Below, one piece after another: positions 60,501 to 64,000 of a DNA stretch of 64,000 nucleotides (position 1 is its first letter; each line of letters starts with the position of its first letter). Under the pieces are notes generated by a model. The model saw only the letters and a list, made by a program, of their open reading frames with translations, made no database searches and was not told where the DNA came from. Made by a program: the position numbers and the translations under genes. The stretch is from Eledone cirrhosa (taxonomy: Eukaryota): contig OZ024757.1 in NCBI GenBank assembly GCA_964016885.1, positions 8,308,001-8,372,000 on the forward strand, read 5' to 3'.

Positions 60501-63500
60501 CACTACAATATAGTACACCACACTACAATATACTACACCACACTACAATATACCACACTACAATATAGCAGAACCCCAATACATTATTTCACATCACACT
60601 ACACTATACCACACGACACTACAATATACCACACTACACTACAGTATACCACACCACAATACAATATATCACTCCACATTACAATAGATCACACCACACT
60701 ACAATATACCACACCGCACTACAATATACCACATCAAACTACAAAATACTACACCAAACCACAATATATCACACCACACTATAATATACCACACCACACT
60801 ACAATATACTACAACACACTACAACATAGCAGTACCACAATATATTATTTCACATCACACGACAATATATCACACCACACTACACTATAACACACCACAC
60901 TACAAGATATCTCGCCACACTACAATATATCACAACACACTACACTCTATCACACCACACTACAATATACAACATCAAACTACAATATAACACATCACAC
61001 TACAATATACCACACCACACTACAATATATTACACAACACTACCATATATCACACCGCACTACATTATACCACACCACACTACAATATTTTACACTACAC
61101 TACACTATATCACAACACACTACAATATACCACACCAAACTAAAATATATCACAACTCACTACACTATATAACACCACACTACAGTATACCACACCACAC
61201 TACACTATATCACATAACACTACTATATATCACACCACACTACAGTATATCACACCACACTACAATATAGCACATCACACTACCATATATCACACCACAT
61301 AACACTATACCTCACCATACTAGACTATATTACACTACACTACACTGTATCACAACACACTACAATATACCACACCACACTATACTATATTAAACTACAC
61401 TACAGTATACCACACCACAGTAAAATATATCACAACACGCTACACTATATCACACCACACTACAATATACCACACCAAACTACACTATATCACATCACAC
61501 TACCATATACCACACCTCTCTATAATATGCCACACAACACTACAATATACCACACTAGACTATACCACACCACATTACAGTACATCCCACCACAGTATAC
61601 CACACCACACTACAATATATCACACCACACTACACTATAACACACCACACTACAAGATATCTCGCCACACTACAATATATCACGACACACTACACTCTAT
61701 CACACCACACTACAATATACAACATCAAACTACAATATACCACATCACACTACAATATACCACACCACACTACAATATATCACACCGCACCACACTATAC
61801 CATAGCACACTACAATATACCACACCGCACCACACTATATCATAGCACACTACAATACACCAAACCCCACTACAATATACCACACCACACTGCATTATGC
61901 CACATCACACTGCAATATACCACATCACACTACAATATACCACACCACACTACAATATATCACACCGCACCACACTATACCATAGCACACTACAATATAC
62001 CACACCGCACCACACTATATCATAGCACACTACAATACACCAAACCCCACTACAATATACCACACCACACTGCATTATGCCACATCACACTGCAATATAC
62101 CACACCACACTACAATATATCACACCACACTACACTATAACACACCACACTACAAGATATCTCGCCACACTACAATATATCATAACACACTACACTCTAT
62201 CACACCACACTACAATATACAACATCAAACTACAATATACCACATCACACTACAATATACCACACCACACTACAATATATCACACCGCACCACACTATAT
62301 CATAGCACACTACAATACACCAAACCCCACTACAATATACCACACAACACTGCATTATGCCACATCACACTGCAATATACCACACCTCACTACAATATAT
62401 CACAACACACTACAATATACCACACCACACTATAATATACCACACCACACAACACTATATCACACCACACTACAATATACCACAACACACTACACTATAC
62501 CAAACCACACGACACTTTATAACACCAAACTACAATATACTACACCACACTACAATATACTACACCACACTACAATATACCATACCACACTTCAATATAT
62601 CACACCACACTACAATATAGCACAATACAATATATCACACTACAATATACCACACCACACTACAATATATCACACCGCACCACACTATATGGTAGCACAC
62701 TACAATATATCACACCGCACCACACTATATCATAGCACACTACAATACACCAAACCCCACTACAATATACCACACCACACTGCATTATGCCACATCACAC
62801 TGCAATATACCACACCTCACTACAATATATCACACCACACTACAATATATCACAACACACTACAATATACCACACCACACTATAATATACCACACCACAC
62901 AACACTATATCACACCACACTACAATATACCACAACACACTACACTATACCAAACCACACGACACTTTATAACACCACACTACAATATACTACACCACAC
63001 TACAATATACTACACCACACTACAATATACCATACCACACTTCAATATATCACACCACACTACAATATAGCACAATGCAATATATCACACTACAATATAC
63101 CACACCACACTACAATATATCACACCACACCACACTATATGGTAGCACACTACAATATATCACACCGCATCACACTATATCATAGCACACTACAATACAC
63201 CAAACCCCACTACAATATACCACACCACACTGCATTATGCCACATCACACTGCAATATACCACACCACACTACAATATATCACACCACACTACACTATAA
63301 CACACCACACTACAAGATATCTCGCCACACTACAATATATCACAACACACTACACTCTATCACACCACACTACAATATACAACATCAAACTACAATATAC
63401 CACATCACACTACAATATACCACACCACACTACAATATACCACACCACACTACAATATATCACACCGCACCACACTATATCATAGAACACTACAATATAT

Positions 63501-63720
63501 CACACCGCACCACACTATATCATAGCACACTACAATACACCAAACCCCACTACAATATACCACACCACACTGCATTATGCCACATCACACTGCAATATAC
63601 CACACCACACTACAATATATCACACCACACTACACTATAACACACCACACTACAATATACCACACCACACTACAATATATCACACCACACTACAATATAT
63701 CACAACACACTACAATATAG
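54540..63720. repeat. 20-bp satellite (CACACCACACTACAATATA[C/T])n built from 5-mers, ~9.2 kb
   Basis: Clear 20-nt period with kb-scale internal duplications (e.g. blocks at 55161 and 58684). The H/T/Y/I-rich ORFs are artefacts. Confidence 0.97.
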
Positions 63721-64000
63721 CCGGCCAAAATGGCGACAAGGAAGGTTGCTTGACCACGTCTTGACCAAACAAAATATAATATTTTCACCAAAAACTGCCC
63801 TTTAAACACATGTCAGATGGATTACAATATTCATTATTACAATTACTTTGACTGTTCCCTGACAACTAGTACCAGTTTCAAGATAGAATTATCTTAACGA
63901 AGTATATAGAATTTGACTTGATTTTCCCCCAACAAACCACGTGTGGACAGGGACGTGGAAAAAAGGAAAAAAAACAAAACAAATCACTACATCCCTTAAG

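Noticed and set aside
54452-63485. Long His/Thr/Tyr/Ile-rich ORFs (up to 407 aa)
   Set aside because: Translation products of the G-poor 20-bp satellite, open in several frames by composition.

Overview
Repeat-dense, AT-rich eukaryotic DNA, probably cephalopod (Octopus-type tRNA-derived SINEs, abundant (TA)n). Nearly all ORFs in the supplied track are artefacts of microsatellites or satellites. The main hidden feature is that the ~1.4-kb tandem array at 1-39.2 kb is not a plain satellite. It carries 22 copies of an exact 60-nt + strand exon (ttttctag|CTGAC...|gtaagt) encoding a 20-aa S/T/K-rich repeat with one Tyr ((T)[16 protein letters not shown][A/S]EK). Three more divergent 63-nt exons of the same phase follow (41716, 44364, 44973), with TYESL and VYDSP tyrosine motifs, then a terminal exon (stop 45977-45979) and an AATAAA. 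Together these look like the 3' part of a gene whose symmetric micro-exon has been massively tandem-amplified; the 5' part lies outside the window. The rest comprises Helitron, SINE, HERO/R2-like, Penelope and RTE-type retroelement relics, several hammerhead-ribozyme motifs, a long inverted repeat, a perfect 104-bp palindrome, 96-bp and 76-bp minisatellites, and a 9-kb 20-bp satellite. One of the hammerheads is a U3-A8 variant in a retrozyme-like repeat inside an intron of the gene. All exon calls are from sequence inspection only, without transcript evidence.
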